Shown here piece by piece: positions 32,964 to 43,753 of a DNA stretch of 64,000 nt (positions within the stretch are counted from its first letter, which is position 1; each line of letters opens with the position of its first letter). Source of the DNA: Escherichia coli (GTDB lineage: Bacteria > Pseudomonadota > Gammaproteobacteria > Enterobacterales > Enterobacteriaceae); assembly GCF_051903065.1 (NCBI RefSeq), contig NZ_CP178438.1. The stretch is one strand, 5' to 3'. Position numbers and translations under genes: made by a program. The notes below the pieces were generated by a model, which made no database searches, had not been told where the DNA came from, and worked only from the letters and a program-made list of their open reading frames with translations.

Positions 32964-34610
32964 TTACTTAGTGCAGTTCGCGCACTGTTTGTTGACGATT
33001 TGCTGGAAGAAGTCGTTACCTTTGTCATCGACCAGGATAAACGCCGGGAAATCTTCTACTTCGATTTTCCAGATAGCTTCCATACCCAGCTCCGGATAAG
33101 CGACGCATTCCAGATGCTTGATGCTCTGCTGCGCCAGTACCGCCGCCGGACCGCCGATGCTACCGAGGTAGAAGCCGCCGTGTTTATGACACGCGTCGGT
33201 AACCTGCTGACTGCGGTTACCTTTCGCTAGCATGATCATGCTGCCGCCGTGGGATTGCAGCAGATCCACGTAGGAGTCCATACGACCTGCGGTGGTTGGG
33301 CCAAGTGAACCTGATGGATAACCGGCAGGGGTTTTCGCCGGACCCGCGTAGTAGATCGGGTGATCTTTGATGTACTGCGGAAGTTCTTTACCGGCGTCAA
33401 TCAGCTCTTTCAGCTTGGCGTGTGCAATATCTCGGCCCACGATAATGGTGCCGGTGAGCGACAAACGGGTGGATACCGGATATTGCGAAAGCTGGGCGAG
33501 GATCTCTTTCATCGGGCGGTTAAGGTCGACCTTCACCGCTTCGCCTTCACCGGCCTGGCGCAGTTCTTGTGGAATGTACTGACCTGGATTGTGTTCCAGT
33601 TTTTCGATCCAGATACCTTCGCGGTTGATTTTCGCTTTAATGTTACGGTCAGCGGAGCAGGAGACGCCCATGCCTACCGGGCAGGATGCGCCGTGACGTG
33701 GCAGACGGATAACGCGAATGTCGTGCGCGAAGTATTTACCGCCAAACTGCGCGCCAAGACCGAGTTTCTGGGCCTCTTCCAGCAGTTCCTGTTCCAGCTG
33801 GACATCGCGGAACGCCTGACCATGTTCGTTCCCTTCCGTCGGCAGTTCATCGTAATAGTGAGCGCTTGCTAACTTGACGGTTTTCAGGTTGGTTTCCGCA
33901 GACGTACCGCCAATCACAAACGCGATATGGTACGGCGGGCAGGCTGCAGTACCGAGGGTACGCATTTTCTCGACGAGGAAGTTTTTCAGTTTGCCGGGAG
34001 TCAGCAGGGCTTTGGTTTCCTGGTAGAGATAGGTTTTGTTGGCAGAGCCGCCGCCTTTCGCAACGCAAAGGAATTTGTACTCATCGCCATCTACCGCGTA
34101 CAGGTCGATTTGTGCAGGCAGGTTAGTGCCGGTGTTGACCTCTTTGTACATGTCCAGCGCCGCGTTTTGCGAGTAGCGCAGGTTATCCTCGATATAGGTG
34201 TTATAGACGCCTTTCGACAGCGCTTCTTCATCACCGCCACCGGTCCACACGCGCTGGCCTTTTTTACCGACGATGATCGCGGTGCCGGTATCCTGGCAGG
34301 TCGGCAGCACGCCTTTGGCGGCGATTTCGGAGTTTCTTAAGAATTGCAGTGCCACGTACTTGTCGTTTTCGCTGGCTTCTGGATCGTGAAGAATAGCCGC
34401 AACCTGTTTCTGGTGTGCCGGACGGAGCATGAAAGAAGCGTCGTGAAAGGCTTGCTGCGCCAGCAGGGTCAGGGCTTCTGGTTCCACTTTCAGGATGGTT
34501 TCGCCGTCGAAGTCGGCAACGCTAACGTAATCGGAAGTGAGTAGATAGTATTCGGTATTGTCTTTCCCCATCGGGAAAGGTGCCTGGTAGATAAAGGGTT
34601 TGTTTGACAT
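32964..34610 (-). CDS. fumB: Class I (Fe-S) fumarate hydratase FumB
   Basis: 548 aa; downstream of dcuB on the same strand. Confidence 0.93.
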   Translation of the reverse strand: MSNKPFIYQAPFPMGKDNTEYYLLTSDYVSVADFDGETILKVEPEALTLLAQQAFHDASFMLRPAHQKQVAAILHDPEASENDKYVALQFLRNSEIAAKGVLPTCQDTGTAIIVGKKGQRVWTGGGDEEALSKGVYNTYIEDNLRYSQNAALDMYKEVNTGTNLPAQIDLYAVDGDEYKFLCVAKGGGSANKTYLYQETKALLTPGKLKNFLVEKMRTLGTAACPPYHIAFVIGGTSAETNLKTVKLASAHYYDELPTEGNEHGQAFRDVQLEQELLEEAQKLGLGAQFGGKYFAHDIRVIRLPRHGASCPVGMGVSCSADRNIKAKINREGIWIEKLEHNPGQYIPQELRQAGEGEAVKVDLNRPMKEILAQLSQYPVSTRLSLTGTIIVGRDIAHAKLKELIDAGKELPQYIKDHPIYYAGPAKTPAGYPSGSLGPTTAGRMDSYVDLLQSHGGSMIMLAKGNRSQQVTDACHKHGGFYLGSIGGPAAVLAQQSIKHLECVAYPELGMEAIWKIEVEDFPAFILVDDKGNDFFQQIVNKQCANCTK

Positions 34611-34687
34611 AGCTTCCAGCCTGTAACTCTGTATTTGTTATTCGAAAATGGCGTGCCGCGTAGTCACGGGCGGCACGCAAAGTGCAT

Positions 34688-36028
34688 TTATAAGAACCCG
34701 TACATCGCGGCGAAGATCCAGCCGAAGACGCACGATACGCTCACACCAATCAACCCCGGCAGAATAAAGCTGTGGTTGATGACGAAGCGACCGATGTGGG
34801 TGGTGCCGGAACGGTCAAACTGAATCGCTGCCAGATCGCTCGGATAAGTCGGCAGGATGTAATAACCGTAGCAAGCCGGTGCTGAAGCCACGATGTATGC
34901 CGGATCAACGCCGATCGCCAGCGCGACCGGAACAATCGCCGCCAGCGCCGCAGCCTGAGAGTTTACAAACTTGGAAACCAGCAGCAGAACAATGGCATAG
35001 GCCCACGGATACTCTTTCACCATTTCACCCAGTACGCCCTGAATTTCAGACATATGCGCACCGAACATGGTTTCTGCCATCCATGCGATACCGTACACCG
35101 CCACGATGGCGATCATACCGGAACGGAAGACTTCGTTTTTTGAGATAGACGCGGGATTGGTTTTGGTCAGGATAATAATCAGCGCCCCGGTCAGCAGCAT
35201 AAACATCTGAATAACCAGTACCATCGACAGCGGTTTGCCGCCGAAGGATGGACGCAGGTCCGAATCAGCACCAAGAAGTGCGACTACAGCGATTGCCCCG
35301 AGGAAAATCCACATTGCCAGCCAGTTGCTTTTCGGCAGTTTTTTATCGAGCAGCGTCGCGGTATCACCGTAAACATACTCACGGTTTTCCGGTACTGAGA
35401 TGAATTTCTGGAACTCTTCGTCTTTATCCAGATCTTTACCGCGGAACCAGCTGAAGATACCGATCGCCAGGATACCGATTAACGTCGATGGAATGGTGAT
35501 TGCCAGCAGGTCGAGGAACTCAAGATGGCGACCATCAAAGGTGACATTACCCAGCATTGCAACCAGAGACACGACCGCAACCGACACCGGACTGGCGATA
35601 ATCCCCATCTGTGCACCGATAGAACTTGCCGCCATCGGACGTTCCGGACGGATGTTGTTCTTAATGGCGACGTCGTAGATGATCGGCAGAATGGTGTAAA
35701 CCACATGACCCGTACCGCAAAGAATGGTCAGTGTACAGGTCACAAACGGCGCGACAATTGAGACATATTTCGGGTTGCGGCGCAGCAGCTTCTCGGCAAT
35801 TTGCAGCATGACATCAAGACCGCCCGAAGCTTGCAAGGTCGCCGATGCCGCCACCACCGCAATGATAACCAGCATGACATCAACCGGTGGTTTACCTGGC
35901 TGAAGGTGGAAGACGAAGACCAGAATGACCAGACCGATACCGCCTAATAAACCCAGCGCGATACCACCCTTTCTGGCACCATAAAACAGACATATCAGTA
36001 TTATGATAAGTTGGATAGTAAATAACAT
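34688..36028 (-). CDS. dcuB: Anaerobic C4-dicarboxylate antiporter DcuB
   Basis: 446 aa polytopic membrane protein. Confidence 0.93.
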
Positions 36029-36598
36029 GTGTGAACCCTCGCGATAATCCTATTTAAATTTTTGCTGAATAGATCACAGTCACGTTCTGTTTTGTATGAA
36101 CTGTTTTCAGAGCCTGACTAAATATCCGTTTGGTCGTTACCGGCTTTAGCAAATACCTCACAGTGAATATTGGCTGATTAAAGCAGCGGCAAATTTATGC
36201 ACTGTGATAAGCGGCTTTTTCAGAGAGAAAGACTCTCTGGCGATGGGTTTATAGTTTGTACTGCGCAGATGTTAATGTTTTGTTTGCTGTTATCTTATTG
36301 ATATTTATCGGTCTATTTTTTGTTCTCAGGGCAGATATCATTAGGTTTATAGATTAATCTGATCTACCCATTTGTGGGTAAAAATACACATAATGCGGGT
36401 GACATAATAGTTAATTAACTTTTGTTAGCGTTTTGAAATTAAAAACACCGTTCACCGGAAGAGATATTAATTTTTAGCGATGATGGAGGGATAATTATAT
36501 TTGATCTGGCACAAGTTTTACTGATGAAGGATGTAACTTGTGCCAGGGGTATTTTGCATTACGGTAATAATTATTACTTACAGATAACCAGCGATCCG
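36029..36598 (-). promoter_or_regulatory. Long AT-rich dcuB control region
   Basis: About 570 bp with no convincing ORF; contains an FNR-like TTGAT-N4-ATC half-site pair near 36298-36310. Confidence 0.45.
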
Positions 36599-37318
36599 TT
36601 ATTGGCAATATTGTTTCAGTAGTGAGTAGTGTTCTGCCTGAATACGGTAACGGTAAACCGGACGCCCCGTGACGCCATAATGGATACTGGTGAACAAGAT
36701 GTGGCAGTTGACCAGCCAGATGAGGTATTTACGGCAGGAAACACGCGAGATGTTAACCTCGTTAGCCAGCTCGTCGGTTGAAAACTCATAGTCCTGATGC
36801 GCGTCAATCCACTGGCACAGCGTGCGTAACGTCTGCGGCGTTAAGCCTTTTGGCAAGCGACGAGGATCCTGCTCGTTGGAGCTGCTGCCGTGGATTAACT
36901 GATCAAGCTCGGCCTGGTCATAATACTGATGTTTTTCCAGCGCCATTTTCTTTTGCCGCCAGCCGGTGAGCGCCTCTTCAAAGCGGGAAGCCTGGAAGGG
37001 TTTGATCAGGTAATCCACGACACCGTAATGCAGCGAATCTTTAATGGTTGCCGCATCGGCTGCGGAGGAGATGACAATCACATCACTTTTGCAACGCGCG
37101 TTATGCAGGACAGGCAGTAAATCGAGCCCGTTCTCTTTTTGCATATAGATATCGAGCAATATCAGGTCGATAGGCGTATCGCTATTGAAGATAATCTCTT
37201 TGGCTTTCTCCAGCGTCGAGGCTGTTCCACAGCATTGAAAGCCTGGGATTTGTGCTACGTATCGGCGATTCAGCTCCGCGACCATTGCGTCGTCATCGAT
37301 AATTAATACATTGATCAT
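36599..37318 (-). CDS. dcuR: Response regulator DcuR
   Basis: 239 aa; receiver domain plus C-terminal HTH. Confidence 0.93.
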   Translation of the reverse strand: MINVLIIDDDAMVAELNRRYVAQIPGFQCCGTASTLEKAKEIIFNSDTPIDLILLDIYMQKENGLDLLPVLHNARCKSDVIVISSAADAATIKDSLHYGVVDYLIKPFQASRFEEALTGWRQKKMALEKHQYYDQAELDQLIHGSSSNEQDPRRLPKGLTPQTLRTLCQWIDAHQDYEFSTDELANEVNISRVSCRKYLIWLVNCHILFTSIHYGVTGRPVYRYRIQAEHYSLLKQYCQ

Positions 37319-38946
37319 CTGTTCGACCTCTCCCCGTCCCAGGGTATCTGGACAAAAAATTGTGTGAAAATCCCGGGTTCCGATTCCACGGCGATGCTGC
37401 CGCCGAGATTTTCTACCTGTTGTTTGACAAGTGCTAAACCGACGCCTCGCTCGCTTCCTTTTGTCGAGACACCTTTGTCAAAAATGTGATCGATTTTGTC
37501 GGGTGCGATCCCCGGTCCATCATCGTTAACTTCGCAGTGCAGCCAGCCGTGACGGTAGTGCAATGTTACGCTAATTTCGCCACCGGGTTCCGGCCCTAAT
37601 GCTTCCAGCGCGTTTTCTATCAGATTTCCCAATGTGGTAATCAGCGTCGCGACCTGGTCCTCACTGCCGCTGTCTGGCAGCTGGCTTTCACTGTTTAAAA
37701 TCAGCGTATGGCCTAAATCGGTCGCGCGGTTAATCTTGCTGATTAAAAAACCAGCGATAACCGGAGATTTGATCTTACCCAGCAGAGAGCCAATCTCTTC
37801 CTGATAGTTATTGGCTGTTTTGAGAATGTAATCTTCCAACTGCTTATAACTCTTCAGATGCAATAATCCGAGAATCACATGCAATTTATTCATAAATTCG
37901 TGGGATCGTTCACGAAGTGCATCAGCATAGTTGACCAGACCGTCGAGTCGCTGCATCAGTTTACGAACTTCAGTTTTGTCCCTGAAGGTTGAAATGGCAC
38001 CGATGATAACGCCATTACTGCGCACCGGAACGGTGTTGATCAGTAATAGCCGATCTTTAATCGTAATCTCTTCGTCGCGGCGCGGCGTACCGTCGCGTAA
38101 CACTTCCGAGACATCTACCACCTGTGACCATGAGTGGCTGAGCGTCGACAGTTTCTCATCGTCCTGCGACTTACGGTAATTCAGCAATTCTTGTGCGGCA
38201 TCGTTGATCAGCGTGACCTCGCCGCGATCGTCCACGGCAACGACGCCTTCTTTGATAGACTGCAACATGGCCTGGCGTTGCTCAAACAGCGTGGAGATTT
38301 CGTAGGGTTCCAGGCCGAAAAGGATTTTTTTCAGTACTTTAACCAGAATGCAGGTGCCAATCAGTCCGACCAGCATGCCAAATAATACTGACCAGATAAT
38401 GCTCCAGCGACTGTCATTGATCTGTTGGGTCACGCGGCTTAACTCAAGGCCGATCGCCACCACGCCAATTTGTTTATGATTTTCATCGTAGATGGGGGTA
38501 AATACGCGTAAAGCCTGCGCCAGAAAACCGCGATTGATAGCGACATTTTCTTCGCCATTCAGCGCTTTAAGGATGTCATCACCTTTAAATGGCTGACCAA
38601 TACGCTGGGCTTCAGGATGCGAGTAGCGAAGACTTTGCATATCGGTAACGACAATAAACAGCAGATCGTTGCGTTTGCGCACGGCTTCCGCGATGGCCTG
38701 GATGCCGCTCTCCTGCGGTTTTTTCTGCAAGCCCTGACGGATTTCCGGCGAGTCGGCGAGAGTACGCGCCACTGCCAGTGCCTTGTTGGCTAGCCCGTCT
38801 CGCGTCATATCACTGATTTGCGAGAAGTAAATCAGATGCACCACCAATAGCACCGAGAACAGTACTGCGCTGACCATTAAGATCACAGTGGTACTCAATT
38901 TCATCGGACGTTTGCGTAACATGCGGTAGGGCAATGAATGTCTCAT
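37315..38946 (-). CDS. dcuS: C4-dicarboxylate sensor histidine kinase DcuS
   Basis: 543 aa; two membrane helices flanking a periplasmic domain, PAS and kinase domains; overlaps dcuR start by 4 nt. Confidence 0.93.
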   Translation of the reverse strand: MRHSLPYRMLRKRPMKLSTTVILMVSAVLFSVLLVVHLIYFSQISDMTRDGLANKALAVARTLADSPEIRQGLQKKPQESGIQAIAEAVRKRNDLLFIVVTDMQSLRYSHPEAQRIGQPFKGDDILKALNGEENVAINRGFLAQALRVFTPIYDENHKQIGVVAIGLELSRVTQQINDSRWSIIWSVLFGMLVGLIGTCILVKVLKKILFGLEPYEISTLFEQRQAMLQSIKEGVVAVDDRGEVTLINDAAQELLNYRKSQDDEKLSTLSHSWSQVVDVSEVLRDGTPRRDEEITIKDRLLLINTVPVRSNGVIIGAISTFRDKTEVRKLMQRLDGLVNYADALRERSHEFMNKLHVILGLLHLKSYKQLEDYILKTANNYQEEIGSLLGKIKSPVIAGFLISKINRATDLGHTLILNSESQLPDSGSEDQVATLITTLGNLIENALEALGPEPGGEISVTLHYRHGWLHCEVNDDGPGIAPDKIDHIFDKGVSTKGSERGVGLALVKQQVENLGGSIAVESEPGIFTQFFVQIPWDGERSNR

Positions 38947-39126
38947 CAGCTTCCTTGTGTGACAAATTTCTTAAGCATTATCTCTGATGAGGCGGGTAAT
39001 TCAAAGGGAGTAAGAATGATTGGCTATATAGGGGAAGAGACTCTGGCAACGGAAACTGCCAGTGCTGTATGAAGATTCCAGGGCTATGCTTATAGTGAAA
39101 ACCATACTGATGAGAGAGGGAAGGTC

Positions 39127-39357
39127 ATGGATCAGGCGCTACTGGACGGGGGTTATCGCTGTTATACCGGCGAAAAGATCGATGTCTATTTCAACACTGC
39201 GATATGCCAGCATTCTGGCAATTGCGTACGTGGCAACGGCAAGTTATTTAATCTCAAACGAAAGCCGTGGATCATGCCGGATGAAGTCGACGTTGCCACT
39301 GTGGTGAAAGTGATTGATACGTGCCCGAGCGGCGCGCTGAAATACCGTCATAAATAA
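39127..39357 (+). CDS. yjdI: Small Cys-containing protein YjdI
   Basis: 76 aa; Cys residues spaced like a metal or Fe-S site (CYTG, CQHSGNC, CPSG). Confidence 0.8.
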   Translation: MDQALLDGGYRCYTGEKIDVYFNTAICQHSGNCVRGNGKLFNLKRKPWIMPDEVDVATVVKVIDTCPSGALKYRHK

Positions 39358-39368
39358 GCGAGGGTAAA

Positions 39369-39641
39369 ATGGAAATACGCGAAGGCCACAATAAATTTTA
39401 CATTAATGACGAACAAGGCAAGCAAATCGCTGAAATTGTCTTTGTGCCGACCGGAGAGAATTTAGCGATTATCGAACATACCGATGTCGATGAAAGCCTG
39501 AAAGGGCAAGGGATTGGTAAACAGCTGGTTGCGAAAGTCGTGGAAAAAATGCGTCGGGAAAAACGAAAAATTATCCCATTATGTCCATTTGCGAAACACG
39601 AATTTGATAAAACGCGGGAGTATGATGATATTCGCAGTTGA
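39369..39641 (+). CDS. yjdJ: GNAT-like small acetyltransferase YjdJ
   Basis: 90 aa; GQGIGKQLV acetyl-CoA binding motif. Confidence 0.8.
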   Translation: MEIREGHNKFYINDEQGKQIAEIVFVPTGENLAIIEHTDVDESLKGQGIGKQLVAKVVEKMRREKRKIIPLCPFAKHEFDKTREYDDIRS

Positions 39642-39867
39642 TGGAAGAGTACAGATTCACGATATTTTTCATGCTCTCCGCGGAGTGATGCAGGAGAGCA
39701 TCTGAAGGGTAGGGGGATGCACAAAGAATGGGCAGAGAGAGCGTTTTTTTGTCCCAAGTCATCCCCTTTACTGAGCAAAAAAAAGAATATCTCCTATATG
39801 AGAATCATCAATCGGGGTTAATAAGTTTTGCGTCCCCAGAGCGTTTAATATTGATAGGAGTCATATT

Positions 39868-40164
39868 ATGGAAGGTAAAAACAAGTTCAATACTTATGTT
39901 GTTTCTTTTGATTATCCATCATCTTATTCCTCAGTGTTCTTAAGGTTAAGATCATTGATGTATGATATGAATTTCTCCTCTATCGTGGCTGATGAATATG
40001 GGATACCACGACAATTGAATGAAAACTCCTTCGCAATAACGACATCATTAGCCGCAAGTGAAATCGAAGATTTAATCAGGCTTAAATGCTTAGACTTACC
40101 GGATATTGATTTTGACCTCAACATTATGAAAGTTGATGACTATTTCCGTCAGTTTTACAAATAG
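39868..40164 (+). CDS. ghoS: Type V antitoxin GhoS (endoribonuclease specific for ghoT mRNA)
   Basis: 98 aa, MEGKNKFNTYVVSFDYPSSYSSVFLRL; immediately upstream of ghoT. Confidence 0.88.
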   Translation: MEGKNKFNTYVVSFDYPSSYSSVFLRLRSLMYDMNFSSIVADEYGIPRQLNENSFAITTSLAASEIEDLIRLKCLDLPDIDFDLNIMKVDDYFRQFYK

Positions 40165-40191
40165 CCAGGAAGGATAAGAAGAACATAAAAA

Positions 40192-40365
40192 ATGGCACTA
40201 TTCTCTAAAATATTAATTTTTTATGTGATTGGTGTGAACATATCCTTTGTCATTATCTGGTTTATCTCACATGAGAAAACACATATTCGTTTACTTAGTG
40301 CATTCCTGGTAGGAATAACCTGGCCAATGAGTCTGCCTGTGGCATTACTTTTTTCTCTCTTTTAG
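40192..40365 (+). CDS. ghoT: Small membrane-lytic toxin GhoT (57 aa)
   Basis: MALFSKILIFYVIGVNISFVIIWFISHEKTHIRLLSAFLVGITWPMSLPVALLFSLF; two hydrophobic helices; below the ORF-track cutoff. Confidence 0.85.
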   Translation: MALFSKILIFYVIGVNISFVIIWFISHEKTHIRLLSAFLVGITWPMSLPVALLFSLF

Positions 40366-40440
40366 GAGCTGTAGTTGAGTGGACCCGCTGGTTATCGTGA
40401 AACGAAGCGTCTCTCCTCAAAACTGGATTTGCGGAACGAT

Positions 40441-40470
40441 GAACGAAGCAGTCGCCTGACTGCTTCGTTC
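40441..40470. terminator. Hairpin between convergent ghoT and lysU
   Basis: 13-bp stem gaacgaagcagtc / gactgcttcgttc with a 4-nt loop; no strong U-tract. Confidence 0.45.
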
Positions 40471-40483
40471 ACTAAAGTGAAAT

Positions 40484-42001
40484 TTATTTCTGTGGGCGCA
40501 TCGCCGGGAAGAGAATAACGTCGCGAATAGTATGACTGTTTGTAAACAGCATAATCATTCGGTCTATACCAATACCCAGACCAGCGGTTGGCGGCAGACC
40601 ATATTCCAGCGCAGTCACGTAATCTTCGTCATAGAACATGGCTTCGTCGTCACCTGCAGCTTTAGCGTTAACCTGTTCCTGGAAACGTTCAGCCTGATCT
40701 TCTGCGTCGTTTAATTCGCTAAAACCATTACCGATTTCACGACCACCGATGAAGAATTCAAAACGGTCGGTGATTTCCGGGTTAACATCATTACGGCGCG
40801 CCAGCGGTGACACTTCTGCCGGATATTCCGTAATAAAGGTTGGCTGAATCAGATGTGCTTCTGCCACTTCATCAAAGATCTCCGTGACAATACGTCCCAG
40901 CCCCCAGCTTTTCTCTACCGTAATTCCGATAGATTCAGCTAATGCTTTAGCAGCATCAAAATTATCCAGGTCGGCCATATCGGTTTCTGGACGATATTTT
41001 TTGATTGCTTCGCGCATGGTGAGTTTTTCAAACGGTTTGCCGAAATCAAACACATGCTCGCCATAAGTGACTTTAGTGGTACCCAGAACCTCTTGTGCCA
41101 GGGTGCGGAACAGTGACTCTGTCAGTTCAATCAAATCGTGGTAATCCGCATACGCCATGTAGAGTTCCATCATTGTGAACTCAGGATTATGGCGAACAGA
41201 AATACCTTCATTACGGAAGTTACGGTTGATTTCGAATACCCGTTCAAAACCGCCTACAACCAGACGTTTCAGATACAGCTCCGGCGCGATACGCAGATAC
41301 ATATCTAAATCCAGAGCATTATGATGGGTAATAAACGGGCGAGCAGATGCCCCACCTGGAATTACCTGCATCATCGGGGTTTCTACTTCCATAAAGCCGC
41401 GCGCGACCATGAACTGACGGATAGCGGCCAGAATTTTTGAACGGACAACAAACGTTTGACGGGATTTATCGTTAGCGATGAGGTCCAGATAACGTTGACG
41501 ATAACGGACTTCCTGATCCTGCAGACCATGGAATTTATCTGGTAAAGGACGTAGTGCTTTTGTCAGCAGGCGCAACTCAGTACAGTGAATGGAAAGCTCA
41601 CCCGTTTGCGTCTTAAACAGCGTACCGCGGGCACCGATAATGTCACCCAGATCCCATTTTTTAAACTGATCGTTATAAACACCTTCTGGCAGGCTATCTC
41701 GTGCGACGTACAGTTGAATACGGCCACCGACATCCTGCAACGTTACAAAGGAGGCTTTCCCCATGATACGACGGGTCATCATTCGGCCAGCAACCGAGAC
41801 TTCAATGTTTAAGGATTCCAGTTCCTGGTTATCCTTCGCATCAAACTCTTCGTGCAACTGGTCAGAGGTATGGTCGCGGCGAAAATCATTGGGAAACGCC
41901 ACACCTTGCTGACGTAGTGCCGCCAGTTTTTCGCGGCGATTTCTCAGTTCATCGTTAAAATCAATAGCCTCATTGGCTCCCCGTGTTTCTTGTTCAGACA
42001 T
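40484..42001 (-). CDS. lysU: Lysine--tRNA ligase, inducible form LysU
   Basis: 505 aa from [30 protein letters not shown]; class II aaRS motifs; track ORF begins at an upstream TTG. Confidence 0.92.
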
Positions 42002-42237
42002 TTTGGTTCCTCTAAATCCAGCTTTCAATTTAGCGTAGATAAAGAGACAGATCGGTACACTGTATTATCTGCCTCGACTATTAGTAACTCAGTTTATCTT
42101 ATCGAAACTAACGCTTACCTCAAGTTGATATCACTAATAAATAACCATCAAAATGGTTTAAATGACTTATTAATATCGATTTTCTAGTGTTATAAACTGA
42201 AAGTTAATTTATTCATAACTAATTGTTTTTACGACAG

Positions 42238-43695
42238 TTAATCGTTGCTCTCCTGTATCATATTCGTCGGCGTGCTAAACAGGAAACGGGTAGCAAAGGC
42301 CAATACGACGATGATCGCGACACAAGCCAACGTCCACTCTCCCATCTGAGAAAAGAATCGCTGGTAAGCTGCAATTGCCATACCGCTAATTTGCGACTCT
42401 GTCGTCTGCTGTGCTACTACGCCTGCCAGCCAGTTGGCGACCGCGCCTGTTGCCAGCATATAAATCCCGGTTAATACGCCAGACATTTTCAGACGCGTGA
42501 TTTGCGCAATCGCCACCGGGTCAATAAAGAGTTCGGCAAAGCCCATTAGCGCCAGCCCGGATACCATCACGCCCATTGACGCTTGACCGTCAGCTGCTGC
42601 ATGTCGGGCATCAAATGCCAGCAACATAAAGCCACAAGCCATCAGCAGTAAGCCAAAGGCAAACTTCAGCCAGACGCGCAATGTTGAGTTGCCGTGGCTT
42701 TCTGGCGACGCCAGCCAGGCCAGAACAACCCCAGCGAGCATCACCGCAATTGCATTCACCGACTGGAATAGTGCTGTAGGTACTTCAATATTGAATGCCT
42801 GACGATTCACAAAGCGATCGATAAACAAGCTGATGGTACTGCCGCCCTGTTGTGCCAGTACCCAGAACAATGTCCCGACAAACATCAACAATACAATTTG
42901 CCAAAGAGCACGGCGGTGTTCGGGGAATTTGATCATCATGCGGGCAATGATTTGTGCGGCAATGAGGCAAACGATCGCCAGCAAATATCCGGACCAGTCG
43001 TTCTCCAGCAGCAGGGTAAAAAATACTGGGGCTAAACAGAGCATCACCACTAACCAGCTCCATACCGGTAAGGCAAATTTGACGCTAGTGAGCGCTTTTT
43101 TATCCATACTACGCGTGGACTGGAAATGACGATGACCGCTTAAGAAAATCAACAAACCGATAAACATGCCGCCACCCGCAAGGGCAAAGCCAACATGCCA
43201 TCCATACCACTGAGCAGCCAGGCCGCAGGCGATTGGGGCGGCGATAGAACCGATATTGCCCGCAGCATACAGCAGCGAAAAACCGCCATCACGTCGATGA
43301 TCGTTCTCGTCGTAGAGCTCGCCAAGCAAACAGCTGATGTTTGATTTGAATAAACCGTAGCCACAAATAATGATTGCCAGCGCCAGATACAGGCTAAAGG
43401 TTGAATTTGTATCAATGCCCAGCACCACATGGCCAAGGGTCATTAACAGCGCGCCGGCAATCACTGCAGTGCGGTTGCCGAGCAGGCGGTCGGCAAGCCA
43501 GCCGCCGAGAATAGGGGTAACGTAAACCAGAGAAGCATATGCGCTGAACAGGCTGATGGCATGGTTATCATCAAAACCAAGCTGATGGGTGAGATAGAGA
43601 ATGAGTAAGGCACGCATGCCGTAAAAACTGAAGTACTCCCAGATTTGGATCGCCACGATATAGTATATCGCGCGCGGCTGTGAGGGTGTTTTCAT
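42238..43695 (-). CDS. dtpC: Dipeptide/tripeptide:H+ symporter DtpC (YjdL), POT family
   Basis: 485 aa. Confidence 0.9.
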   Translation of the reverse strand: MKTPSQPRAIYYIVAIQIWEYFSFYGMRALLILYLTHQLGFDDNHAISLFSAYASLVYVTPILGGWLADRLLGNRTAVIAGALLMTLGHVVLGIDTNSTFSLYLALAIIICGYGLFKSNISCLLGELYDENDHRRDGGFSLLYAAGNIGSIAAPIACGLAAQWYGWHVGFALAGGGMFIGLLIFLSGHRHFQSTRSMDKKALTSVKFALPVWSWLVVMLCLAPVFFTLLLENDWSGYLLAIVCLIAAQIIARMMIKFPEHRRALWQIVLLMFVGTLFWVLAQQGGSTISLFIDRFVNRQAFNIEVPTALFQSVNAIAVMLAGVVLAWLASPESHGNSTLRVWLKFAFGLLLMACGFMLLAFDARHAAADGQASMGVMVSGLALMGFAELFIDPVAIAQITRLKMSGVLTGIYMLATGAVANWLAGVVAQQTTESQISGMAIAAYQRFFSQMGEWTLACVAIIVVLAFATRFLFSTPTNMIQESND

Positions 43696-43711
43696 GTGTT
43701 CTCCTTATGAG

Positions 43712-43740
43712 CAAAAAAGGGAAGTGGCAAGCCACTTCCC
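43712..43740 (-). terminator. Intrinsic terminator of the cadBA operon
   Basis: Hairpin gggaagtggcaagccacttccc followed on the minus strand by six T, just downstream of the cadA stop. Confidence 0.7.
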
Positions 43741-43753
43741 TTGTACGAGCTAA

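Noticed and set aside
39062-39307. 81-aa ORF overlapping the start of yjdI in another frame
   Set aside because: It overlaps the better-supported yjdI frame, begins inside the dcuS upstream region, and has no distinctive features.
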